A DNA stretch of 64,000 nt, taken from Orbicella franksi (taxonomy: Eukaryota). The notes below the pieces were generated by a model, which saw only the letters and a program-made list of their open reading frames with translations, ran no database searches and was not told the DNA's origin. The position numbers were made by a program, and so were the translations under genes. Position 1 is the stretch's first letter; every line of letters starts with the position of its first letter. Of the stretch, positions 11,507-22,429 are shown one piece after another. The DNA lies in NCBI GenBank assembly GCA_964199315.1, contig OZ116700.1, positions 15,748,001 through 15,812,000 of the forward strand, written 5' to 3'.

Positions 11507-13922
11507 ACAAAGGAATGTTGGAATGGTGACGAAAGGATACCGTTGTTTGAGAAGGGATGACCTGAGAGATACACAGTCGATCAAGCCTTAGAAATCATCA
11601 GCGAACACAGCCTCACATGCGCAAAATGCACCTGTCAACCTTTGAAGGTGAGAGAAAATGCTTCGTTCCTGATCAATTTGAAATGGTTTGACAACTGGGA
11701 AGACATAAAAGCCGATATGAATGGTGTATACGACGGCGTCCTAGATGTGCAGTGTGGACAATAGAATGGTATGATGGTATGTGGTCATTACTGCATAAGA
11801 AGAAAGCCCCGCTATCTTCCATGGAAAACTATCATTTAGTTCAGAATTCCAGGAGGAACAAAGCTGCGCCATCTCTTGCGCGTTCAATATTTATATTGAA
11901 AGACATGAAAGGAAACATCGTTAACAATGTTTGTCTTTTACAATACCATGTTGACAACGCTGAAGGACGAGTTGATGATGTAGAGGTGCAGAAGCATGGT
12001 AACAGCCGATCCTCAAACCCAAGGCTGTTCTATCCACTTAAGAAGAGCATGCTTGGGTCAATTAAAGATAACGTGAAGAAGAAAGGATCGCAAGGAGTTT
12101 ACAGCGACCTGAGGAAAAAGGCTGGTGGAGTTTTCGGTGCTTCTGTGTCGGAGCTGCCTCGCGCGAAACAGCAAATTTACAACGCAAAGTCCAGGATGAG
12201 CAGTACTGTCACACAGGATGACGTTGAAGATCTTTTGAAGTATGCCCAAGACAAGGAAGACCTGATTCTGCACCACGCCGACTATCCCGAAGATCTATGG
12301 GTTCTAGGAACTTCCAGCATGTGTTCCGATCTGTCCAAGTACACCACATCAGGCATACTTTCCTACCCATTCTGTGTTGACCCAACATTCAAAATGGGGC
12401 AGTTTGAAGTTACTCCCATTGTGTACAAAAATCAACTCTTGAAGTCTAAGAGGACGAATGAAAGCCCTGTTTTTTTAGGTCCCACAATGATTCATCATAA
12501 GAAGACCTATGCCGCCTACAGGACTCTTGCATCGACGTGTGCAGCAAAATGCAAGGAGATAACAAAGGCAAAAGGTTTTATTACCGACGGAGAAGAGAAT
12601 CTCTATAAAGCCTTTGAACATGAAATGAAAAATGCAAGGAGCCTACGTTGTTTTAAACACTTTGAGACCAACTGCACGGAGAAGCTAAGAACAACGGGAA
12701 TTCGCAAAACAAAGGAACAACGATTCTTCCTGCAATGGGTTTTTGGCGTTCATGGGAAAGAGGAAGGCATACTCGATGCTGATAATCAAGAAGACTTGCG
12801 CCAATGTTTGGACTTGGCAAAGATGGAAATAGAGAGACGAGAGCGGGAGGTTCTGAAGAGGGAGGATGAGGCGTATAAACCGAAGTTTTGGTCCTTTCTC
12901 GACGAGCATTTTGAAATGATGGGTTCTCACATGGTCGTGAATGTCCGAAAGGAAGCTGGAATGGTAGTAGAAGATGACAGCAAACCTGCTCGCTGTTATT
13001 CCAACAATTCAGAATCAATGAATAACGTCATGAGGTCTGCCAAGGAAACGTTCCTCAAAGAAAATCCCTGTATTTCACAGCTGAACAAGATTCAGTTTAC
13101 ACAAAATGTTTTTGAGGTTGTCCATGCACACCAGATGGAAGAGCTTCACTCTGCAATCGCTGGGCTCAGTGATGAATATATACCACCCCAGTGCCATCCA
13201 GCGAAAAGCAAGTATGCAAACTGGTGGAGTTCTGCAATTTGAAGTTGCAAGTGCCGGATCTGAAAACGGAACACTGCAGGTTTCAGTTTACAGTGATCAT
13301 GCGACATGTGTGTAAACGGTACAAGCACGACAACATCTGCAAGCATTCCCTGGCAGTAGCTGCATTGAAGTCAATTCTAGCCGCCCACCTTGATTTCATC
13401 CGAAAGAAATCAAAGAAGGTTTGTAGTAGAATGGCTCTTGCCGAACACAACGTCCGAAAAGAGACAGCCGGGAAGAAGGGAGGCAAGAACAAATATCCCT
13501 ATCGACCAGCACGGGGCAAGCCAACTACAAGCACGAGCGTATCAACAGAAGTAGCTGACACCCCTTTGTACTCTGAGATTTACCACAACGAAAATTCATT
13601 TGTGTTGATGTTCCTGTCGGAGGATGCAAAAAGGTGTAAATCCTGTCATCTAGACTTCTGGCACAAAAAGAAGACAATTCCCTTCGACGTCATCTTCTCC
13701 CACAAAGAACGATGGATGTATCCCATCAATGGAGATTGGGCAAATTGTAGGCCATCCAACCGTGAGACCGTCAGGTACTACCACGCCGCAAAGAAGTGCC
13801 TAATGGGCCGGTTTCCCTACTTCTCCGAAGAGTACATCCACATTCCTGGGGACATCAAGGACAGTCTTCGTGAGTCTCACAAAACATACCTCACGAGCGA
13901 GTTTGAGCTAAACTTTGATTAA
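11507..13922 (+). pseudogene. MULE transposase terminal exon (DDE core, SWIM Zn finger, C-terminal CxxC..HxxxxC), disrupted
   Basis: Acceptor ttctatacatttgcag at 11506, phase 0. Stop TGA at 11558-11560; frameshifts at ~11740 and ~13190. Motifs VDPTF (D 12379), FITDGE (D 12586), CFKH, NNSESMN (E 13012), SWIM-like VCKRYKHDNICKHSLAVA. Confidence 0.88.
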
Positions 13923-14007
13923 ATCTTTCCTCGATATGTGAACACTTACGAGCAAGCCTTGCAGTCGCCCCATTCCGGTGTCAGCATGTTTTATACAATG
14001 TTCGATT

Positions 14008-14278
14008 AAATGCGCGGGCTGTGACTGGTCAGTTTGAGTTCATTATTAAAGAAATAAAAAACGTATCCGAATGCATTGTTGAGTTATATAAGCACGTGGT
14101 GATTTTTAAGAACACAAGAGAAGTGCTAGAAGCACTTGGCTGCGCCTCGTGCTTCTCTATGCACTTCTGTCGTGTTCTAAAAATCACCACGTGCTTAAAT
14201 AACTCAATAATGCATTCGGATACATTTTTTATTTCTTTAATAATGAACTCGAACTGACCAGTCACAGCCTGCGCATTT
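14008..14278. mobile_element. ~271-bp near-perfect palindromic MITE
   Basis: aaatgcgcgggctgtgactggtcag... / ...ctgaccagtcacagcctgcgcattt. Mirror ORFs 14021+ and 14029- begin with identical peptides. Centre ~14143. Confidence 0.85.
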
Positions 14279-15022
14279 TATAAAACATGATGAAAACGCA
14301 CCATTTGTATTTGTATTAGAGAAAATTTACTACAATTTATCTCGATTGGCTGGCTTTCAGTGTACGCATTGTCATAGAAACTGAATTAAGCACAAACAAT
14401 GGTTTATGGCGGAAGAACAGGGTCTTAAGTAATCTAAGTTGGCAGAAGAACAGACAGACGCCGAGATTTCTAAAACAGTTTTCTCGACTGTAAGCACTTT
14501 TGGATCAGGATCCTCAAAATTGGCAACTTTCTCGAAATTATTAACTTAAAATGAGGGCGGGACATTTGTTTGTTGTCTTTTTGTGTCTGTTAGTTGGTTG
14601 CCAAAAGTGTCTTCAAAAATGTAACTCGGTAGATCGCGTTTTAACCACTGGATGAATTGTTTCTTGCGTGAGTTGTTGAATGATACGCGCTGTAGATCGG
14701 GAGTTAAAAAGTAAAATGAAACTGTAAAGCACACATTTTATCATAATATTTCCCCGGGAGGAAATTAAGTTAGTTGATCATCAGACATCTTAGGAGGTTC
14801 TCGTTGAAAGTTAAAAAATAGATATTGTTAAAACATAAAAAGTACACACAGTATATTATAATGAAATTTTTAAGACGCATTTTCGGAATATCGCAAAATC
14901 TACAGTCCGCTGCAATGCGGCAGCAAAAAGAAAATAATCTCGAGGTTCTCGTGGCTCATGTTCATATTTCAAAGTCTTGCATAAGTCAACATGTCAAAAC
15001 TTTTTTAACCGAGTAGTAAAAT

Positions 15023-15540
15023 TAAATTTAACATCTCATACCAAACATTTTACACGTCAAGTTTTCGAGCCTTTTGAAAACGCTAGAATTAGAATGTGGG
15101 AAAGTTGCATTTAAATGTTCACATTTTGGTGGATTATTGTATAAACGACAGCATTATAGACGCCGTTGTTACGGCAATCATTTTGTTACTATCGTAGAAT
15201 ACCGTAACTATGGAATTATATTTTATCATGAGTTCGTTTCAGTTAGCATTATAAGATGTACGTTTGTAATCATAAAGGTAGTAAATTTAAATTGAACATC
15301 TCATACCAATATTTTATACTCACGGTTTCAAGACTTTTGAAGACGCTGGAATTAGAATGTGGGAAACTTGCATTAAAATGTTCACATTTTGATTGATTAT
15401 TGTATGAACAAAACTATAAAAGACGCCGTTGTTACGGCAATCAATTTGTTACTATCGCAGAATACTGTAACTATGGAATTATATTTTATCCCGAGTTCGT
15501 TTCCGTTAGCATTATACGATGTACGTTGTAAATCTTAAAG
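15023..15540 (+). repeat. ~265-bp diverged tandem duplication, non-coding
   Basis: aacatctcatacca...gacgccgttgttacggcaatc...gatgtacgtt occurs at ~15023-15277 and ~15288-15540. Confidence 0.85.
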
Positions 15541-16082
15541 CATTAACTCACTCGAAAATATCAGATCAAAGCTTAACGACAAGCCGGATTGTAGTCTGGA
15601 TATTCACTGGCGCTGAATATTGACCTAGACAAGTTTGTATTTTTGGCACCCGAAGAATTTGTTGTTCCCCACAGGATGCCATTTTCTGTAGCATTACTTT
15701 CGTTTAATCCACATTGTCTGCTCAACATAAATATATACATGTATACGCGTTTCTCATGTCAGTTTCCCTTTGCTATTCCAGCAGCACAGCTCTTGGCTAC
15801 CTATACTATTTTTCGGTCTAGTCTTCGAGCTTTGATCTGACAACCTTTATGGAAAAAAAATTCTTGGCCATGCCCTACTTGGAAGGATACGCCTGTATAT
15901 CAGGACAAGGAAAGGGAATGACATTCGGGTTTCAAATACAATGCATATCGACTATACTTGGATTGAATTGTTGTAAAAATTATTTTTGATACTGTTATTC
16001 AACTGAAAAAAGGCAATAGGGAATCGGAGTATAAGAATAAAATAATCGTTAATTTCATTATTCGTCATGCTTTCTTCAAGGA

Positions 16083-16769
16083 AACTGTTTGAGCGAGGGT
16101 CTTCATTTTGTAGTTTGACCCGGCCTAAACTACAAAACGAAGACCCAGTCGGTTTCGCGTCTTTTGGCGTCTTAAAGAGCGTTTGAGCGTGGGTCTTCGT
16201 TTTGTAGTTTGACCCGGCCTAAACTACAAAACGAAGACCCAGTCGGTTTCGCGTCTTTTGGCATCTAACAAAGCGTTTGAGCAAGGGTCTTCGTTTTGTA
16301 GTTTGACCCGGCCTAAACTACAAAACAAAGACCCCGTCGGTTTCGCGTCTTTTGGCGTCCAACAAAGCGTTTGAGCGAGGGTCTTCGTTTTGTAGTTTGA
16401 CCCGGCCTAAACTACAAAACAAAGACCCCGTCGGTTTCGCGTCTTTTGGCGTCCAACAAAGCGTTTGAGCGAGGGTCTTCGTTTTGTAGTTTGACCCGGC
16501 CTAAACTACAAAACGAAGACCCTGTCGGTTTCGCGTCTTTTGGCGTCCAACAAAGCGTTTGAGCGAGGGTCTTCGTTTTGTAGTTTGACCCGGCCTAAAC
16601 TACAACACGAAGACCTAGTCGGTTTTGCGTGTGATAGTGTCCGATAAAGTACTTAAGCCTGATTATCAATGATTATAACTGCCTTGAGTTTGAAAGGCCT
16701 AAAATTATATGAGCTCTTCGTTTTTCGGTCTTCGGTCTTCGATCTTCGATCTTCGTTTTGTATACACCC
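16083..16769 (-). repeat. Right TIR: 6 x 94-bp hairpin units, unique segment, micro-repeats
   Basis: GAGC(G/A)..GGGTC recurs at 16091, 16185, 16279, 16373, 16467, 16561. The outer ~150 bp is the reverse complement of 4512-4660. Confidence 0.95.
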
Positions 16770-17153
16770 CAAAAATTGATAAGTGAATAATGGATGGAGA
16801 GTTATTTTTCTTGGTAAGCATAGACAAAAGATAAAACATAAAGGTAACTTAGACTAGTAGATTTATACTAAACCAATTAGATTATTTGCTCTTGATTTCT
16901 ATGTGTGATAGTTGACGAGGGCACAGCACGCAATAGAAATCTCTAGCTCATAGTCTAATTGCTTAAAGTAGTTGGTAGACCTTAGCCTTTTGTCCAGGAG
17001 AAAAGGGTCTGGTTGTCAAAATAAGGTTCGGATAACAAGATGTTTGTACATGTCAGTTGCAAAAAGAATGAAATCAAGCAAAACTCGCTATTCTAAGACC
17101 CATCCTGTCCATTTTAATATCTTTTAGTGTTGAACAGTCGGATTTCCTCTTGT

Positions 17154-19265
17154 TCAGCTACACTCCCGCTGAAGTAACATTCCAGTATCACTCAGATCAC
17201 CTATAGCAAGAAAGTATATTATTTTTTAACAGTGAGTTGACATTCAAAGACAATAAAGTCTGACCTGACAAGAAATTTTCATGTTGGTCATGTTTTTAGT
17301 GGAAGGGAGCACAGAGGCAGTTAATGGAAACACTATCAGGGTAGCAAAAGTAAAGTGATAGGGGGTGGCACAAGGAAAGTGATAATTTAAAAAGGGTAAG
17401 GGGAAGCTGTGAAAAGCCTACATGAGAATATATGTAGACCCAAACATAACCCTGCCCAATTTAGTTGCACAGCAAGCTTTCCAAAAAATCAGTTGGAGAC
17501 AAGTAAAAGGCACACTGTGGCAGACATTATAAATCACACCATATACTCATTACAAATTGACTCTAGGGTCAAGGTGTTCATTCGAGCTTATTGCCAATAC
17601 AGTGCCATTGTGAAATCAGTTGTTAAAAATAGCTATTATGGGATTCTCAGGGGGCTAATAAGTAGGTATTTGCCTCCTAAGCATCTGATAATAGCTATTT
17701 GAATCAAAATCAAAATGGCTGCCGTATTGACAAAAAGGTCCCCTTTGAACAATATCATATGCTCGTTTCGGAAAGCATTTGGCCCACAATTTTTTCCAAA
17801 GGAAACAAGTAATCCAAATAAGGAACTTTATTATCAGCAAAAGATACTGGTAATTACAAATTAATTTTCTGCAACAAAATAGTCTTTGATCTAACACAAT
17901 AAACTATTCAAATGATAGAATATGGAACAAGTTGAAGAATTCACTTTATGTGCACATACCCTGAATTTCCTTTAAGAAGTTGCTTAAAGTATGAAAATAA
18001 CTCAAATATCTCAAGCCACAATTTAAAGTTATCTCTTGTGATATACTGTCAGTAGTTACCTGTATGTTGTTCGTGCAACAGAAAAATGTTGACTTCTATT
18101 TTGTCCCTATCAAGCTTCACTGGCAGGGGAGCATGTGCTCGTGCACTCTAATTGAGGCGACAAACTCAGTGAAATAAACTTAACAAACATACTGCAATAC
18201 TGAAAACGAAATTTTGTTTAGTACAGAAAGAGGTGAAAAAATCCTCAAGGGAAAAGTCAGGAAAGTTTAACTGAATAAAGGGAAAAATGACAACGTGAAG
18301 AAAATTCACGGGAAATTTAAAAATGTCAACAGACCTGATTTAATCGTCTGGAAGAAACATTTGGTGTCACCGTGAATTTCATGATATTTTTACATAACAA
18401 AGAAGAACAATTTGATGAAAACTAGCCAGTCTGTTACAGTCATCAGAGTAAAAAAGGGCTGTAATTTGAGGTCAGAAACAGCCACTAAAACTGACATTTC
18501 ATATTTGGTCATGGAAAATTTCATTATGATCAGAGAAGGGAAAGGGAATTTTGAAAAGTGATGTCCATAGCAACCATGTAACTAAGATAACTAGCAAACC
18601 AGCACTTGTCCTGTAGATGTTACCTTTTTTTTTACTTGCAAGCATGTGATTATTGAAAATGAGGAAAAATAAGACAACACCAGTTCGGGTTATTACTGTG
18701 TCATGAATTATGATATTTCTTTAACACTTGAAGCAATCTGTCCTTGCATTTGAAAAAAAGGAAGTGATGACTCACTGTTCCAACAATAATTATGCCAGTT
18801 CAAGAACTCCAGACAAACAAATATCCTTGCACTAAAACATGACTGACAGAAACAAGGTATGATCAATAGCACAAGTGAAACTTATCAAAAAAGCTGCCAT
18901 CCTCAACTGAAATGACACTTGTCTGTAAATTTCAGGAGTCAGCTTTTACCACATACTCCTTGTCTGAGGATAGTGTATGCTGCAACAGTCTCTACTAAAA
19001 TTCCATGCACATGAAATTTAGGAGCCAGCATTTGTCCACATATCCATATTCTTGCAGATCTGAATCCAGCTTTATATTTAAAGTCCACATACGACTTTTT
19101 AAAATAATGTGTGTGAAAGAAGAAACTCAACATTAAAGCAAGGCAAATAGACGGAATTGTAAAAATAAAGATATCTTAATAAGGATCTACATTAAAATTA
19201 TCTCACCTTTCCACATAAACCACAGAAATCAGAATCAAAACCACGAAGATCTTCCTAGGAGTCAT
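17154..19265 (-). pseudogene. Small four-exon gene relic encoding a secreted or membrane-anchored protein
   Basis: Exon 1 19265-19207 MTPRKIFVVLILISVVYVE + GTGAG donor. Exons at ~19090-18950 and ~18200-18061 contain stops. Terminal exon 17200-17154 (DLSDTGMLLQRECS*). Confidence 0.35.
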
Positions 19266-19974
19266 TGCACCACAACACTTTAAAAGTGCAAGATGTGTTG
19301 GTGACCCTCGGTGCGACAAGAAAAAGGAGATTAAAACGATATGGATAAGAAAAGCGACTTCTTTTGCCGAGATAAATCTTCGAAACACCTAAAGTCAACG
19401 ATCAAAATATGGCAGAACTGTATCGAGCCGAGAGAAACTGGGGTAAATAGGCTTCGTGTAGGAGAACAGTTTCCGTCCTTAACAACAGTCGGTAACCAAG
19501 GGTTCGAACGTCACTACCGGCTTCACGTTACATGGTATGAGTCATTACGAGCTTCGCATTACATGGTATAGCCATGACAACCAACTTATTTCAAGATAGA
19601 ATTACATGACATGATGATATCACATTACTTATTTCGACCTATTTCGACCTGTTTCATGTCTTTTCGACACATGATGAGTCGTAATATGTCGTAATATGAG
19701 TCGTAATATGTCGTAATACGTCGAAAAGTAATTTTGCTACAGATGGCGCGTCATAACAACTAACCCTGGTGGATACAGCTCGTCATGATGTTGGCGAAAA
19801 CGTGCACCTGGAAAAGACCATAAAGCGCTTTGTGGAAGGTTTTTAGAGTCGACAGGGAAGGGTCCAAGCACCAAAGAGGTCCATAAATGGCTCCAAGAGG
19901 ATCAATTACAAAGAGCATGAGCCTACAAAAGAGAAATCTTAACAGAAGATTTCAAAGGAGACCCTTACTCTCCA

Positions 19975-20520
19975 GGAAATATTCTCGTAAGTAACCAGCA
20001 TTACTGCAGCATCACTGATGAAAAAGAATTTCAAGACCTGTGGGAATCAAGACCAATTATTTGCAAGCTCACTGATTTTGGTGAGACTAAGTCTCGCAAG
20101 ATCCAAAAACTTTGATGCAAACTAAGACAGCTGCCTTGACAGAGGTATGCCTACTTACACGGCGCCAGAGATCTTGTTATTAGAGAACGACTTCCCGTTG
20201 AAGGAACCATTGAAGACCTTAAAAGAACTGGGCTTATGGAATGGTACTTTTTCTCATCTGTAATCCCCAATTAGGATTCCCTTACCAGGAAGACATGAAG
20301 AAAAGTCAGAACAAGATAGCAGGCATTGAAAGCTTGCTCAAAGAATGCAAGAGGCCAGCCTTTGGCAAGAATTACATCCAACTGGTAAAGACGGGAGAAT
20401 GGTGGCATTTATATCGAGTCCATGAGGCATGCACATGCTTTGAACCAGAACAAAGGCCATCAGCTGCAGACATTATTACACTGTTGCTTGAAAGAGAAGA
20501 GGAGTTTGGCAAATTACACT
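19975..20520 (+). pseudogene. Decayed second copy of the cargo kinase family (C-lobe)
   Basis: NILVSNQHYCSITDEKEFQDLWESRPIICKLTDFGE, DRG..YTAPE, GMVLFLICNP..PY, RPSAADIITLL. Shares the distinctive NILVSNQHY..EEFQ...RPI.CKLTDF insert with ORF 5905. Confidence 0.85.
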
Positions 20521-20737
20521 GTGGAAGCTTCAGAAGTGAGTCAGCTGAACCAATCTGTAGCCAGCACAGTTGCGAATGTACATGACCCTGGCCCCAGAAC
20601 TACTTCAAAGTCAATGAAAGTTGTTGAGAAAAGTATTGTGGTAAATGTAGATGAGGAAGAGAGAATCTTTGATGATAGGTGAGTTTTCGTGGTCAGTCCT
20701 TTCAGGTTTGAAAAGGAGTTGCAATAAAGTGTGCATG

Positions 20738-20867
20738 CAGTGGTGGAACTAGGGGAGGGGTTATTTTGGGTAAAAAAAATCGCAGAAGGAAGAAAAGCCA
20801 GCAGGGCAAGCAAAAAAAACCGACCTAATTTCTTCCCCCATTAGCTCAAGGTCTGGATCCGCCACTG
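20738..20867. mobile_element. Short MITE with CAGTGG(C/T)GGA termini
   Basis: cagtggtggaactagggg ... ggtctggatccgccactg. Confidence 0.65.
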
Positions 20868-21015
20868 GTATGTACGTATTGTATCTCTATGGTATTGTAT
20901 TTGTACTTTGTGCATAAGGAGGCAATAAAAAAACGTCTTCATCTTTTTCTTCTTGGACTTATTTCACAAAGTGTACTGCTATACAACGGTCTTTTTAAAA
21001 ACTTAAAAACCCAGT

Positions 21016-21401
21016 GAGGCCTGTTTCCAAGGAGAGATGGTTAATTACCCTAGCAAGTGGTTTACTGTAGCAAGCTGGTTAACCTAGCACTCACACATTC
21101 CCTCTTGTTTTCTTTGTCCTGTTCACAGGGCAGCTAGGGTTACCAGTGTAGGCAGGTTACCCTATCTACATGCTAGGGTTACCCTGGCAGGGGGGTTAAT
21201 TTTCTCAGTTGTAAACACTCCAGGTAGGGTTAACTTTCTACTTGTTTCAGACCCTTTGAGTGTAACTATGCATTAAGTTGTCCTGGGTTGTAGGGTTACT
21301 CTACCTGTGAAATTGTGCTTGTAATTCCAGGCTATTTTTTGCCCTCTAGCTAGGGTTAACCCGCTTGCTAGGGTAACCCTCCCTCTCAGTCAACAGGCCC
21401 T
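21016..21401. mobile_element. Harbinger/Tourist-like MITE rich in AGGGTTA/TAACCCT motifs
   Basis: Ends aggcctgttt ... aacaggccct; many internal gggtta/taaccc hexamers. Confidence 0.55.
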
Positions 21402-22429
21402 AAAATCTCCCCCCCCCCCAATTACCATTTACCACTTCCTGACTACAGCCAGAAGCTATGTTTTGTCTAGTCAATAAATTTGGCAATTATGCACACACAA
21501 ATCCATGGCTTTGAAATGTTTAATATATTGGCGCTTTCTTGGCTCTATGTCAAATGTTATTTGAAGTTTCTTTCAAATTTTAACCTCATGTTCAGAATTT
21601 TAGGCTCTTTTTAATAGCGAATGTATTTGACACATATGGGTTATCTGATAACCATCTTGTCGCGACTTTGCTCAAATAAATTAAATATTCTGTCTTTACT
21701 CCTTTGATTGACATGGTTGTATTGTATCATTTTTGTGTATAAATTTAAAAAATTACTATATTGCTTCAAAAACTACAAAGGAGTATAGTTATTTCCATTA
21801 AAGTAAGGGATGGTGTTGACTGAAGTAATTCTGCAGTTTTATGGCAGATATCAGCCAGTTTCTGGCTGATGGCTTTAGATGTTAAAAATTGTGTAAATAA
21901 ATCTACTTCTGTCATTATGGTAGCACTTGACTGAAAAAAAACCACCAAAGCCCTATTTATTGCAGTGCCATTTGAATGGAACGAAAACTCGCCTTTTGTT
22001 TTCAAGTGCAACTGTAGCTTTTCCAGACAAATCTTTAGTCAACGGCTGATTTCATCCTGGATTTGTCTGGGACAAATCCCAAATTGTCCTCTGGTGCTAC
22101 TTGGCCCTAATAGATGTGTTAGTTATCGTATCGGACCCCTACCACAAGAGCAAACAAAGCCCGGAACAATCCGAAGTGACTAAGTGTATAATTCATTGCT
22201 TACGTGCAAAGAGAATTAAAGCCCGACAGGAGCCCTGAAAATGTGGAATAATTTTGAGCGCAGCGAGAAAAACTCTTCCACAACAAAAAGTGTGACAAAA
22301 AAGAGCGTGACCGTTTCGGGATAGGTCTGTTCTTCTTATTTTGGCTAGAAACAGACGCCAGCTTTCATCAATTAAATAATCATAGCATGTGAAACTAATG
22401 TGGTGCATGCAAAGTTCACATGGATTGTG

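Larger units (their letters stand above)
4512..16769 (+). mobile_element. Mutator/MULE (Foldback-type) DNA transposon, 12,258 bp, with kinase-peptidase cargo
   Basis: 9-bp TSD CAAAAATTG at 4503-4511 and 16770-16778. Ends GGGTGTCTACAAAACG / CGTTTTGTATACACCC. Long modular TIRs and an internal MULE transposase relic. Confidence 0.92.

Noticed and set aside
14021-14265. Two mirror 78-aa ORFs
   Set aside because: Artefact of the palindrome; GTG starts and no domain.
19630-19730. GTCGTAATAT / TTTCGACCT micro-repeats as terminus of a kinase-carrying element
   Set aside because: No partner inverted end or TSD was found in the window.
21016-21401. Interstitial telomere remnant
   Set aside because: The GGGTTA hexamers are dispersed rather than tandem and lie inside a TIR-bounded MITE.
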